UHGV virus genome: UHGV-0197549
Reading direction: 5' to 3' (one strand)
Length of the DNA stretch: 64,000 bases
Source: a virus
The notes under the pieces were generated by a model, which had not been told where the DNA came from, searched no databases, and was given only the letters and a program-made list of their open reading frames with translations. A program made the position numbers and the translations under genes. Of the stretch, positions 19,382 through 30,900 are shown piece after piece (the first letter of the stretch is position 1; each line of letters opens with the position of its first letter).

Positions 19382-20359
19382 ATGAGCAGACTTATCAATA
19401 TCGGTGTAAGCACCCTGCTGAGCGGCGGCATCATCGGCAGCGGCAGCGCGGAGAACTATGTCAGTGACGCCGCCTGCCATGCCTTGGGCATGGGCTTGTC
19501 ACAGTTTGCCGACGGGCAGGTGCAATACTTCAGCAAGGACAGGCAGATACTTAAACGGGCGCTGGTCCAGACCACCTCGCAGCTTGCCTACGGGATGCTG
19601 CGCTCTTATCCCAGGTACCTGAAATACTGGGAGCAGAAAGAGAGGGACAAATACCTGCAAACCATGTCGCAGACCAGCATCGCCAACAAGACGGGGCAAT
19701 ATTACCAGCTTATCAGCGAGCAGCAGGCGGTCGCCAAAAAGAAGAACTATTCGGATACCGTTGCCGGCAACATCGTTCCGGACTATCTGGAGCTTTCCAT
19801 CAGTGCCGAGGGAATGTATTTTGATACGGAAACCATGAAGATAGAAACCAATTCCAAATACGGTCTGGTCACGTTTGCCGACCTACAGCCGCAGGTACAG
19901 GTCAGCAGCAAGAACAACATCGTCCTGACGACCGTTCAGGGACGGGATTATACCCGGAAGGAATTTATTTCCGGAGGCGACCTGGAAGTAAATATCAGCG
20001 GCAAGATTACAAGCAAATATCCCGATGTGTACCCGGAAGCCGAAGTCAGCAAGTTCCTCAAGCTGATGCAGTACAAGGGGGTGATAGAGTGTGACAACAC
20101 CATCCTGCGCCAGTTCAGAATCGAAAAGCTGATTGTGCTCAACTACTCCTTCCCGGCAAGCGACTGCCGTAACATCCAGCCTTATACGCTTTCCTGCGTG
20201 GCGGTGGAGCCTTCGGAGGCGGTGGAACTGAAACTGGCATCCCAAGAGAAGGTGGACACTGCCATCAAACATACGAACAAATGGATTAAGCTCGCGCAGT
20301 TCGGGACAAAGGTAGTAGATCCTTCCTCACTCTTAACACTTACCAAACAATGGCTGTAA
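19382..20359 (+). CDS. tail/baseplate protein (hypothetical)
   Basis: 325 aa, first gene after tape measure. Confidence 0.45.
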   Translation: MSRLINIGVSTLLSGGIIGSGSAENYVSDAACHALGMGLSQFADGQVQYFSKDRQILKRALVQTTSQLAYGMLRSYPRYLKYWEQKERDKYLQTMSQTSIANKTGQYYQLISEQQAVAKKKNYSDTVAGNIVPDYLELSISAEGMYFDTETMKIETNSKYGLVTFADLQPQVQVSSKNNIVLTTVQGRDYTRKEFISGGDLEVNISGKITSKYPDVYPEAEVSKFLKLMQYKGVIECDNTILRQFRIEKLIVLNYSFPASDCRNIQPYTLSCVAVEPSEAVELKLASQEKVDTAIKHTNKWIKLAQFGTKVVDPSSLLTLTKQWL

Positions 20360-21669
20360 ATACACTGGACGTACTATGCTGTAAAATAACCATCGGGGAT
20401 GCGGACCCGGCTAACCCGATGGCGATTCAGGACCCGGTTGTCCTGACCGAGGTGCAGGAGATAGAGATCGTGGAAACCTATAAGAAGCTGACAGGAACCG
20501 CCAGGGTAATACTTCCCAAAGGGACGGTTTACCAAAGCACCATCATCGGCAATGCGACGTTGGAAGGCAACGACGCCTCACGCATCACCACGGAAGTGAT
20601 GGAAGACGGGGTAATCATTGAAAAGAGAAGTTCACAGGCGGCTGTGGGGAAGGATACCTTTCATACCGGGCAGAGAATCAACATCAAGCTGGGCTACAAC
20701 GGCATCCTGAAGAATATGTTTGACGGCTATGTCACCGCCTATAATTCCGACAGCCTGTTCGAACTCCGGTGCGAGAACATGGCTTACAAGCTTAAACTCA
20801 AACAGGCTCCCAAGTTCGAGACACCGCTATCCACCAAGGTGAATGATGTATTGGGAGACAAATACAACCTGCTTAAAGATACGGGCTTTGAGATACACAG
20901 CGAAACCAGGCGGTTCGACATCAACATCGGCAAGGTCAAGATTACGGATAACTTCACGGTCGCCGACGTGCTGAACGACTGGAGCAAGTACAGGGTGTAT
21001 TGCTTTTTGAAGTATGATGAGAACTCGCCCGATGCGATGCCCCGGATTGCCGTAGGGCGTCCCTATTCATCTTCAAAGGCGCAACCGTCCTTTCCGGGAA
21101 GCGACAATACGATGCCTTACAGGATATGCTTCAACTACCATGTGGCGGAAAGCAACCTGAAAGTCTTGAAGGTGGACCCGAAGTTCCTGGCCGTTACCGC
21201 CAAGGCATTGGGAACGGACGAGAAGTTCTTCGAAGTGACGGTACGCCTGAATCCCGACTATGACGCGGGCAAAGCCGGAAGCAAGGAGTTCCAGACCATC
21301 AATGCCACGCAGATCAGTAAAAAGACGCATAAGGTAACCGGCAATACGACGGCATCGGGAGCCGCTACCAAAACAAAAGTGGACTTGAGCACCTATACGG
21401 TAGTGCCTTATATGTCACCGAACATGAGGATAGATTCGGATAAACTGGTGGAGGAAGCCATTGAATATTTCAAGAACTACAACCTGAACGGGATAACCGG
21501 AAGCGTGACAATCTTCGGTGACTTCGGGCTGCCTTCCGCCGTTCAGGTGGAACTGATAGACGATCTGAACCCGAGCAAAAACGGGGTGTATATCGTGGAA
21601 GAGGTAAAAACGATCTTCGGAACCAAGGGGTACAGGCAGGTTGTAAAGTTGCCTTACAAAGTAAAATAA
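20350..21669 (+). CDS. tail/baseplate protein (hypothetical, hub-sized)
   Basis: 439 aa; 10-nt overlap with upstream gene. Confidence 0.45.
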   Translation: MAVNTLDVLCCKITIGDADPANPMAIQDPVVLTEVQEIEIVETYKKLTGTARVILPKGTVYQSTIIGNATLEGNDASRITTEVMEDGVIIEKRSSQAAVGKDTFHTGQRINIKLGYNGILKNMFDGYVTAYNSDSLFELRCENMAYKLKLKQAPKFETPLSTKVNDVLGDKYNLLKDTGFEIHSETRRFDINIGKVKITDNFTVADVLNDWSKYRVYCFLKYDENSPDAMPRIAVGRPYSSSKAQPSFPGSDNTMPYRICFNYHVAESNLKVLKVDPKFLAVTAKALGTDEKFFEVTVRLNPDYDAGKAGSKEFQTINATQISKKTHKVTGNTTASGAATKTKVDLSTYTVVPYMSPNMRIDSDKLVEEAIEYFKNYNLNGITGSVTIFGDFGLPSAVQVELIDDLNPSKNGVYIVEEVKTIFGTKGYRQVVKLPYKVK

Positions 21670-21687
21670 ACAGAAAAAGACAAAACA

Positions 21688-22581
21688 ATGGAAAACACAA
21701 GTAACGGCAGCCGGCAAGTGATAACCGAAGCTATCCGTAAGATAGCATTAGGACGGAGCATGGAACGTATCGACATGGCTCCCGGAGGGACAAGCGGTAT
21801 CGGAACCGCACGTATGATTCACGGCTATGTCGCCAAAGTACATGACAATCCGGGTGACAGTGAATACGAAGAGTATGCCGGAACGGTTGATGTGGGCGAG
21901 TTTCCCGACGAGACGGCATCTTCCGAACCGGTCATCCACAAAGGTGTATTGCTTGCCGGGCTTAAAGACAACTCCGGCGGGTTCCTGATAATCCCGACCT
22001 TATTCTCGGACGTAACCATCGTAACGGATGCGGCGACGAAGTATGCTTATGTGCTGAACTATTCCCACGCAAAGGTTATCCAACTTAGTTCCCACGACGA
22101 AACGGTTATCGGCGTGACAGAAACGGAAGAACTGGACACGGGAAGCAATGACTCTCCCGATTATGACGAGCTGGAGAAGACGGGAAATGAAAGCTCCACC
22201 CGGTACACGGCGGAAAAGATAACCACCACCGTAAAGAACAAGAACGGAAAGGAAGCCAGCCGGACGATAGAGCCGGAGCTAATCAGTACAAAGGTAGACA
22301 AATCCGAAGTAACGCAGACAACGGATAAGATACAGCAGAAAGTGGGAAGTACGACTGTTACCCTTGCCGACAAGAAAGTGGCACTCGGAGATGAGAACGC
22401 TACCGAACCGTTGGTATTGGGCAACCAGCTTGCACAGTTGATGCTGGAGTTCCTGACCGAGTGCAGCAAGATAACGACCCCTACACTGATGGGAACCATG
22501 CCCGCCGTCAATGTGCCGAACTTCGCTTCACTCATTTCCAAGATACAGAATTTTCTCTCTAAAACCTCCTATACCCAATGA
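21688..22581 (+). CDS. tail/baseplate protein (hypothetical)
   Basis: 297 aa. Confidence 0.45.
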   Translation: MENTSNGSRQVITEAIRKIALGRSMERIDMAPGGTSGIGTARMIHGYVAKVHDNPGDSEYEEYAGTVDVGEFPDETASSEPVIHKGVLLAGLKDNSGGFLIIPTLFSDVTIVTDAATKYAYVLNYSHAKVIQLSSHDETVIGVTETEELDTGSNDSPDYDELEKTGNESSTRYTAEKITTTVKNKNGKEASRTIEPELISTKVDKSEVTQTTDKIQQKVGSTTVTLADKKVALGDENATEPLVLGNQLAQLMLEFLTECSKITTPTLMGTMPAVNVPNFASLISKIQNFLSKTSYTQ

Positions 22582-24218
22582 CAGAACTCTTACCCGGCAT
22601 CAGGGAACTGGACAAGGACAGCCTTTGTCACGCCATCTATTCCCAGCTTTACCATAACTTTTTCAATGCACAGGATGCCGGAACCGTCACCGAAGGCGAC
22701 CAGACTTCCATTCGCTTGCGCAATACGGCTTATAACTTTGCCAGTGCCATCGCTTCGGGCGTCACCGGTGAAGGCGGTGGTGAGAGTGGCGGTGTCCTTT
22801 TGGCTTTCCTGAAGAAAAGCGGTGGCGATATGAGCGGGTTGTTACGTGCGGGCAACGGTTTTGAAGCTGGCATAGCCAATGAACGCATCCTACATATATA
22901 TAAGGTAGGACAAGAACGGGGCGTTGCCGTTTCCGGCAACCTGAAAATCGGTGGGAATCTGTACCTGAACGGTAAACAGGTGCTCTCTTATGATTCCGGT
23001 ACCCATACCGCAACATTGGAAAGCACACGGGTTGATTTCGGAAGCTCCCTTCTCAGGGGAGCCGGTGAGCTTCTTATCGGAGAGGATAAGGAGACGGGCA
23101 TCTACATGACACCGGCACTGTTGCAGGTAGGTGGCAGGAATGTGTATCATGCGGGCAATGCCAACCGGACGGACATTTCATGGAGTATGCTGGACGCCTC
23201 TGTTTCGGGAAAACTTCAGGTAACGGGTACTGCGGACATACAAGGCGTCCTGACAGCGGAACAGGGGGTCAATCTGGGCGCAGCCGGTAAGACGGTACTT
23301 TCCATCCATTCCGATACGGCTGACCTTAGCGGCTATCTTTCCTTTTCCCAAGGGCATGGCATCAAAATCGGCGGTTCTCCCGTCCTTATCCGGCTGGATG
23401 ACAAGGATATCCAGCTTGCGGCAGCGGGTGGAGACTTACTTTTGGGTAATGAATCCACTAATAAAATCCGTTTGCAATCGGACTTATGGGATATTGACGG
23501 AGATACGATGCTAATCAGCAAGTACGGCTCTGCCTGTTTTCCCGGTTCACTTACCGTCAGGCATAATTACGGGGATAATCTGCTCACATCCTATCACAAG
23601 GATAAACAGGATGAAGGGATTGTCATTCATAAACGGTTGCGCTGGGGAAACTCTTCGGGTGCTTACCTGTATGGCAAAGACGATGCGCTTCATTTCGCTT
23701 CAAGGGTTTACCGCACGGACAGCGCGAACGGCCAGACGAGCCCTTACCCTTATGAGACTGCCTTCTCGTTTGTCCCTTCCACCAGCCTTTACAAACGGCA
23801 GGACCGGCACTCCGACACTTTTTGTCTCCATACGGACGCTGATTTCTTCGGTTTTAATAAACCGCTCGAAGCATCCGGACATATCGGCATTGACGGTTCA
23901 TTCACCCGGCTGGCGGACAAGACGCTATTCTTCAGCGCAGAGAGTTATCTGCTTTCCGTGTCAAACGGCATCCGGCATTATGGGGATGCTTACTTCATGG
24001 GCGGTATCAGCAGTGAGTTTTTCTCTTCGGGCTTTGCGGGCTCCGGCTGGGCCATCCTGAAGAACAAGGCTACGGGCAGCATACAGGCTACCTTTGACGA
24101 GGTGGTCGTCCGCAGGAAAATGCGCGTCTATGAGCTGGAAGTCCAGAAAAACACCGCTACCAACGGCTCCCTATGGGTAACGGACAGTTGCAGCGGTGAT
24201 ATGGTCATACCACTTTAA
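22578..24218 (+). CDS. tail/baseplate protein (hypothetical)
   Basis: 546 aa; ATGA overlap with upstream gene. Confidence 0.45.
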   Translation: MTELLPGIRELDKDSLCHAIYSQLYHNFFNAQDAGTVTEGDQTSIRLRNTAYNFASAIASGVTGEGGGESGGVLLAFLKKSGGDMSGLLRAGNGFEAGIANERILHIYKVGQERGVAVSGNLKIGGNLYLNGKQVLSYDSGTHTATLESTRVDFGSSLLRGAGELLIGEDKETGIYMTPALLQVGGRNVYHAGNANRTDISWSMLDASVSGKLQVTGTADIQGVLTAEQGVNLGAAGKTVLSIHSDTADLSGYLSFSQGHGIKIGGSPVLIRLDDKDIQLAAAGGDLLLGNESTNKIRLQSDLWDIDGDTMLISKYGSACFPGSLTVRHNYGDNLLTSYHKDKQDEGIVIHKRLRWGNSSGAYLYGKDDALHFASRVYRTDSANGQTSPYPYETAFSFVPSTSLYKRQDRHSDTFCLHTDADFFGFNKPLEASGHIGIDGSFTRLADKTLFFSAESYLLSVSNGIRHYGDAYFMGGISSEFFSSGFAGSGWAILKNKATGSIQATFDEVVVRRKMRVYELEVQKNTATNGSLWVTDSCSGDMVIPL

Positions 24219-24231
24219 TTTAACCTTAAAC
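24218..24231 (+). promoter_or_regulatory. upstream motif instance TTTAACCTTAAAC
   Basis: recurrent motif immediately upstream of ATG 24233. Confidence 0.3.
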
Positions 24232-24232
24232 G

Positions 24233-26494
24233 ATGTCTCTACTTAATTACAACCGATATAAGATATGTATCTCCCCCAAGTCCGCCAAAAGGCAGGGACT
24301 CCGTACGGGTGATGTGGTAAGGCGGCAGTATTTCGACGGAAAGAATGTCGTCTACTCCCTGATGGCCGTACTGGAAACAGGCATTGACCGAATAACCACA
24401 TTGGAAGGGGAAGAACAGGAGTCTCCTTACTTTATAGGAGCGTTACTGGATGGGGATGTGCCCCAAAACGGGCAGATACTCGACTTTGTACGGGTAACCA
24501 ATCTTTTCGATGAAGACCGCAGCGGTGCCATGTACCTGACTGCATCGGACAGCCAGTCCCCTTACATGGACGTGATTGACGGCATGGCGCAGGAGAAGTC
24601 CCTGTGTTATCCCCGGGGTGACAACGGCTGCCGGTATACGCTCACGACCGGAGGAAGACTTTCCGGAGAATACCTGCCATACAAGGACGGTTGCAGCCGG
24701 GTGTTCAGCATCCTCTGTAACGGAATCCCGTTACAAGGTAAATGCGGACTGGAGCAAACGATTGGCAAAGGATTGGAGAACCCGGAAAGGATTCTCATTT
24801 CTTATAAGATACGCGCTTCCAGGGATTTTCCGTCACTTCCCTTCTCTTTAGGATATGCTGACGGCACTGAAACAGACGGAAGCGGTATGGTGGCGGTATC
24901 AACCCTCTGGCAGTACAAGCTTGCTATCATCACCATAGACTATCTTCCCGAATACGAACGGAGTTTCAGGTTGGATTTATCCGACCTGGAACCGGGCGAC
25001 CGGTGCGAGATAGCCGAACTGAACATCATCCGGCTTTCGGACATAGCCACCTTCGCAGACTCAACGAAGGCCCGTGTGGGCAAAGTCCAGGGAATTATCG
25101 ACCCGACCTTCGGACGATTGGAAGGTTACGGCGCTTACTTCCAACGGCTCTATGCGACACGGGATGTAAACATAGCCGGCACCTTGACCGCCGGTGACGA
25201 AACGGGCTTTGCCAGCACTTTCTATGTAGGACGCATCCATAAGAATTGCCTGATAAACTCGCTGTACGGCAACTTTCTGCATCCGGTAGAAAGGGCTATC
25301 GGTGAACAACCGCCTGCCGGTATCGGGGATGTCTTTCTGATTCCGGCTGACGGTGTTATGTTGGTCGCCCAAACACAAAGCTGGGCGGAGACGCATCAGG
25401 GAGAAAAGTATTGCTTCTCCTTTTGGGCAAAAGGGATATCCGGTACTTTGACAGTCTCCCGGAACGGGCACCCGCTACAGGAGATAGAAATAGAGAATCA
25501 GTGGAAACGTTATCACATACCGTTTGTTATCGGCTATGAAGAGCCGGAAGATTTGCTGATAGAAATTACGACGGATACCACCGGAGTCCTGTTCTGCTGC
25601 GCCCAACTTGAAAAAGGGGAACGGGCAACGCTCTACCAGGCAACAGACGGCAAGCTGGCGGATACGGACGGGTACGGGGCGTGGTTTGCAAGGGGCGGCA
25701 TCGGCGGCACGATACAGAACCCGCTCCTTAAACTCAATGCGGACGGCTCCATCTCTGCCGGTGACGGTTCATTCGTTATCAACCGCGACGGTACGGGCTA
25801 CTTTGCGGAAGGACGGTTCAAGTGGACAAAGGACACCATCACTTTACAGGATGTTACTATCCGTTGGGAAGACTTTGACGACCAGGCAAAAGAAAACCTG
25901 CTTACCAAATATGTAACAATCACCGGGACGAACCTCTTCCATTACACGGACGCCCTTCAGGAAGATGCCTGCGAACCCAAGGAAATCACCCTCTTTGCCA
26001 CTGAATACAACTTCACGGCGACGGCAAGGAGATGGCAGTACATGGGAAGTGAGGGGAACTGGAAGGACATGCCGGGAACTGATTCGGACTATCTTAAATT
26101 ACTACCTGCTTCACATTTCTGGGAAGACAGGGATGTATTGACCCTTAGATACATCGCTACGCTGGATGAATCCGAATATGTTGAGTCCTTCACCATTTCT
26201 AAACAATATGACGGTGCGGACAGCTATTCCGTCTATATCGCTTCTACTGGTGGGAACGTATTCCGCAACGGTATCATTTCAACCACCTTGTCTGCCCGCG
26301 TACTCAAAGGTGGCGAGGACATTACGGAACGGATACCGGAAAAGAACTTTCTCTGGACACGTACCGGCAATGATGCGGCGGACGACGACCTCTGGAACTC
26401 CGTTACCCATACCGGCAAGACACTGGAGATAACCGGTGAGGACGTCTATCGCAAGGCGGTATTTGACTGTGAAGTAATTATCTCAACCCAATAA
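24233..26494 (+). CDS. large tail/baseplate protein (hypothetical)
   Basis: 753 aa. Confidence 0.45.
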   Translation: MSLLNYNRYKICISPKSAKRQGLRTGDVVRRQYFDGKNVVYSLMAVLETGIDRITTLEGEEQESPYFIGALLDGDVPQNGQILDFVRVTNLFDEDRSGAMYLTASDSQSPYMDVIDGMAQEKSLCYPRGDNGCRYTLTTGGRLSGEYLPYKDGCSRVFSILCNGIPLQGKCGLEQTIGKGLENPERILISYKIRASRDFPSLPFSLGYADGTETDGSGMVAVSTLWQYKLAIITIDYLPEYERSFRLDLSDLEPGDRCEIAELNIIRLSDIATFADSTKARVGKVQGIIDPTFGRLEGYGAYFQRLYATRDVNIAGTLTAGDETGFASTFYVGRIHKNCLINSLYGNFLHPVERAIGEQPPAGIGDVFLIPADGVMLVAQTQSWAETHQGEKYCFSFWAKGISGTLTVSRNGHPLQEIEIENQWKRYHIPFVIGYEEPEDLLIEITTDTTGVLFCCAQLEKGERATLYQATDGKLADTDGYGAWFARGGIGGTIQNPLLKLNADGSISAGDGSFVINRDGTGYFAEGRFKWTKDTITLQDVTIRWEDFDDQAKENLLTKYVTITGTNLFHYTDALQEDACEPKEITLFATEYNFTATARRWQYMGSEGNWKDMPGTDSDYLKLLPASHFWEDRDVLTLRYIATLDESEYVESFTISKQYDGADSYSVYIASTGGNVFRNGIISTTLSARVLKGGEDITERIPEKNFLWTRTGNDAADDDLWNSVTHTGKTLEITGEDVYRKAVFDCEVIISTQ

Positions 26495-26512
26495 CTTAAA
26501 CCTAAATCAACT

Positions 26513-27823
26513 ATGGCCATTAAAGTAGCAAGAGGACAGGTCACCATCATCGACCAGAACGATGCCGTCTCCCTTCAGGCGTTTGTCGGTTCCAACCAAC
26601 CTCTCACACAAGTTTTTAACAAGGACACGGGCGCTTTTGCCCCGAACTGGACGGCATCCCCGTATCTGGTGCTGACCCCTTCCTTATTTGTCAGTGGCAA
26701 GGGCGCCGCTGACCAGATTACCACCGTAGGAAATGCGGCGGTTCTGACTCCCGGTGTAAAATCCGGCTCCGCCAAATGGTACAAGAACGGTACGGCTATA
26801 ACCACGGGCGCGGACGGATGTACAATTGGGGCGGCATCCGCCAAGTATGCGCTGACCGTCAAGACGAACCACATGAGTGTGAGTGTCCCGCAGGTACGCT
26901 ATACCTTTGAGGCCGTTTACATAGACGCCAACGGGCTGGAGATTCCCTTCCGCTCGGATATCCAGTTCACGCAGCACCTGAACGCGGGCGCGACCATCGT
27001 GGCGGTGGCTTATGCACCTAACGGTGTGGTTTTCCGTAACGATGAAGTGACCGCCCTCAAGGCGCACTGTGACCTGTGGCGCGGGGCGACCATCGACAAT
27101 ACGAATATCACCTATGCCTGGGGCATCAAGGATTCCTCCGTGTTCGCGCCGACCACCCTTACCGCAGCAGCGGCATCCGGAGCCACCACGATAACGGTTG
27201 CCAATGTCGCCAATATGGAAGCGGGCGGAAAGATAACGGTCGGCTCGGCGCAATACACCATTTCCGCTATAAATGCCAGCACCAAAGTGGTGACGCTGAC
27301 TTCCGCATTGAGTGCCGCAGCCGCTTCAGGAGCGTCCGTTTCCTGCCCGTATTATAATTCCATGCTGGGGGTGAGCTGGTCCTGCCTGACATCGGCAAAC
27401 CCTAAAGGCGTTACAGCCGGATGGACGACCAATGAGATTACGATCACGGCGGATGCGGTACTGAACTTCGAGACATTCAAGTGCGCCATCAAGGACACGG
27501 ACACTTCCGCAGGCAACGCTTCGGCCAACAAGGTGGTCTGCGACATCATTTCCTTCTCGGACATGTCAGACCCCATCACCGTGCATATCGTCAGCCAGAA
27601 AGGGTTCACCATCAAGAACAACCTGAACGACGTGGACGCCAAAGCCATCCTCTACCGGGGAGGCGACGAGCTGGACAGTGCCGGGACATCTTATACTTAT
27701 ACCTGGAAACTCTGGAACGCGGCGGGCACGACGGTCGTAAGGACCTACACCGGAAAGTCCGTAACAGTGTCCAAGGCGGATGTGACGGGAAGGGGTGTCC
27801 TTATGTGTGAAATTTCCAAATAG
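26513..27823 (+). CDS. tail protein (hypothetical; Ala/Thr/Gly-rich beta-rich, possibly Ig-like)
   Basis: 436 aa. Confidence 0.45.
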   Translation: MAIKVARGQVTIIDQNDAVSLQAFVGSNQPLTQVFNKDTGAFAPNWTASPYLVLTPSLFVSGKGAADQITTVGNAAVLTPGVKSGSAKWYKNGTAITTGADGCTIGAASAKYALTVKTNHMSVSVPQVRYTFEAVYIDANGLEIPFRSDIQFTQHLNAGATIVAVAYAPNGVVFRNDEVTALKAHCDLWRGATIDNTNITYAWGIKDSSVFAPTTLTAAAASGATTITVANVANMEAGGKITVGSAQYTISAINASTKVVTLTSALSAAAASGASVSCPYYNSMLGVSWSCLTSANPKGVTAGWTTNEITITADAVLNFETFKCAIKDTDTSAGNASANKVVCDIISFSDMSDPITVHIVSQKGFTIKNNLNDVDAKAILYRGGDELDSAGTSYTYTWKLWNAAGTTVVRTYTGKSVTVSKADVTGRGVLMCEISK

Positions 27824-27852
27824 GTGCTATATGGAAGTTTGATGTTTTTTTA

Positions 27853-27876
27853 AGGCGGTGTCATACCGCCTTTTCC
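27853..27876. terminator. rho-independent terminator (bidirectional-looking)
   Basis: AAGGCGGT-GTCAT-ACCGCCTT hairpin flanked by TTTTTTT upstream and TTTT downstream. Confidence 0.55.
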
Positions 27877-27900
27877 CGTTTATTCCCTATTCTACCTTAG

Positions 27901-27913
27901 ACTAAACCTTAAC
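27901..27913 (+). promoter_or_regulatory. upstream motif instance CTAAACCTTAACC
   Basis: recurrent motif immediately upstream of ATG 27916. Confidence 0.3.
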
Positions 27914-27915
27914 CA

Positions 27916-30900
27916 ATGGAAAAACAACTGATCGCACGGGGACAGGCGACCATCCTCGTACAAAAAGACTCCTACACGATTCACCAGTCGGTAGGTGAAT
28001 ATATCTTTCCGGCAAATAATAACGGCTCCCTCTCACAGGCGGTCACCTTCAGTTCCACCATCAAGGTGACGCTGGGCGACGACAACCTGACGAACTTCAC
28101 GATTGGCGCCGTTACCAGACCTGCCGGGTTCTCCGCCATCACCGTGAACAACACGAACAAGACGGTTAGCTACTCGGTTGCCGCCGGTACGACTACCATG
28201 GCGGACAGCGGGCTGGTGACGATTCCGGTAACCATTGCCGGACAGACATATACTATTACCTTCTCTTATGCCAAGGCGAAGACCGGTGCGGCAGGCGTCG
28301 ATTCCAATATGCTCGACTGGGTAAGCGACTGGAACAGTGCCAAAACGGTGATCGGTTCCCAGTCGGTCATCACTCCCAAACTGTTTGCCGGGACAAAGAA
28401 CGCGAACGGGACGATAACGGGTATTGCTATCGGCAAGTTCCCGCTAAGTACCGTAAACGCTTCCGGAGCGGTTGCCACCGAGACAATCAACGGCATCTAC
28501 GGGTTCAAGGACGGATACAAGACATTCGCCATTGATACTACGGGAAGTGTGTTGCTGGGCAAGGGCAACCAGTTCATCCGTTATAACCCGGCAAACGGGA
28601 AGATAGAGTTCGGATCGGAAGTGACGCTGAACTGGGTGAACGCCATCAACACCGCCAAGACCGAAGCAATCAATTCCGCGGCGGCAACGGCGCAGGCGAA
28701 AGCGGATGCCGCGAAGAAAGGAGCTGTGGATGCGGTAAGAAACGATATCGCTGATGCCAAGAAAGCCGGAACGGATGCAAAGGCGGTTGCCGATGCCATC
28801 ACTAACAAGGCGAATACGGAAGGTTGGGCGACCAAACTCACCTATATAGGCTCTACGGGCATCTATACGGGAACGCTCTCTGCCAATACGGTGAACGCCG
28901 TCCGTATCAACGCTTCCCAGATTAGCGCCGGAACCATTGACGCGGCACGTATCAACGTAGCCGCCCTGAAAACATCACTGATAACGGCAGGCAATATCGA
29001 AGCATTAACACTGAACGTTACTAAAGGGAAAGTCGGCGGCTGGAGCATTGATGCGGACTCAATTTACCGTAGCACCAAGAACAACACTTCCGGAGCATAT
29101 ACGGGGGCTTCGGGTTCGGTTTGCATCGGCTCGAACGGCATCCGGGGCTTTAAATGGCGGCTGGACGCGACAGGTGCGGGTGCCGTAGCGGGTGGCAATA
29201 TTGCATGGGACGCGGCAGGGAATGTCACGTTCGGTGCTTCGGTAACCCTGAACTGGACAAATGCTGCCAATACAGCCGCCAATAACGGTAAACTATTTAT
29301 ACGTGGTACAGGATTGAACCATTCCGCCACCCGTTATATCTTACTGAACGGCACGAAAATCCACGAATCCTCTTCCCGGGGACTGGTACTGAGTGTAATC
29401 AACCGGAGCGACCTGAAAGCGGTGAGCCATACGCATTACGACGTTTATGCCAGCGATGCCAACTGTAATAGCCTGGCAACGGCAATGAACGCCCTCGACA
29501 GTACCAAAATTGTCATCCTGACCTCCTATGACGCTATCCGTATCAATGCGACGCTATCCGCGGCTATCCAGCGCTGTGGCGGCTCTGATTATATGGTAAC
29601 CGATGCCAGGACCCCTTACGCCCTGATAGGTATTCCGGGGATAGGCAGGAATATGGGGCTGACCTCCATATACGGTCTGGAAGCCACCGCCCCGTTCGCT
29701 GAAATCTCCACCGTCATAGTGAACGGTATTCCCCAGGGAGTCAATGCGGACGGAAAACTGAAAACCTACCTGAGCGGCAACGGCATCTATACCGGCACGC
29801 TGACTGCCGCACAAGTGAATGCGGTCGCTATCAATGCCGGAAGTATCACTGCGGGTACCCTTAGTGCTGACAGAATAGGCGCCAAGGCAATTACTGCCGC
29901 CAAGATTGCCGCCGGTACGATCACTGCCACAGAAATCAATGTATCCAGCATTCAGGCATCCGTCGTTACGGCAACGGCAGTCAACGGTCTGACCTGTACG
30001 TTCAACAAGGGAACGATAGCCGGATGGACGATTAACTCCACACAAATATTCAAGAACAGTGTTTATCTCGGTGCGGACGGTTCCATCACGAACTCTACCA
30101 AATGGAAATTTAATAACGACGGTTCGGGACAAATAGCAAATGGTAATATCAGTTGGAACGCTGCGGGAGCGGTGACGTTTTCTTCCGCGGTTTCATTGAA
30201 TTGGACGGACGCAATCGAAAAAATTCAGATAGGCGGAAATAACTTGTTGAATAATTCCGGAGACTGGAGAACTGCCGGCTGGAATGGCGGATACACAACC
30301 AATGGCGGTGGTTATACAATAGACTCATCCGTGCTTTTCAAAGGAAGACCTACGCTGAAAACCGATGCCGGAAACGGGGTCGTTCACTCGTCATGGATAA
30401 AATTGGAAAATAATGCCGAGTATACTTATTCGGCAATGGTAAGATGTAATAAAACAATTACAGGTAATGGAAATACCCCCTTGCATTATTGGGCGGGAAA
30501 GGATAACAACAGCCAGTCCAAAATTACCGTTTTGAAATATGATACGTCTGTTGTTGCCAACACTTGGAAAAGGATATATGTAGTCTTCAAGCTAAATTCT
30601 GACGGAGATAGTTTCCGTCCGTTCCTTTACAGGGGAAGTAACGAATCAACATTCTATAATGTAGCTTACTTCAAACTGGAAAGAGGGAACAGACCGACTG
30701 ACTGGAGCCAGTCAGACGGTGACGCCAACAAGCTTTCAATTGATGCCCAGAACGCTGCAAATGCAATTATTGCAGCCTTGGGAGGTTCCGGCTATCCAAA
30801 AATGACAAAAATATCTTCCACTGGAATCTATACGGGAACACTGACGGCAGCACAGGTGAATGCGGTGGCCATCAATGCGGGCAGCATCAATGCGGGCACA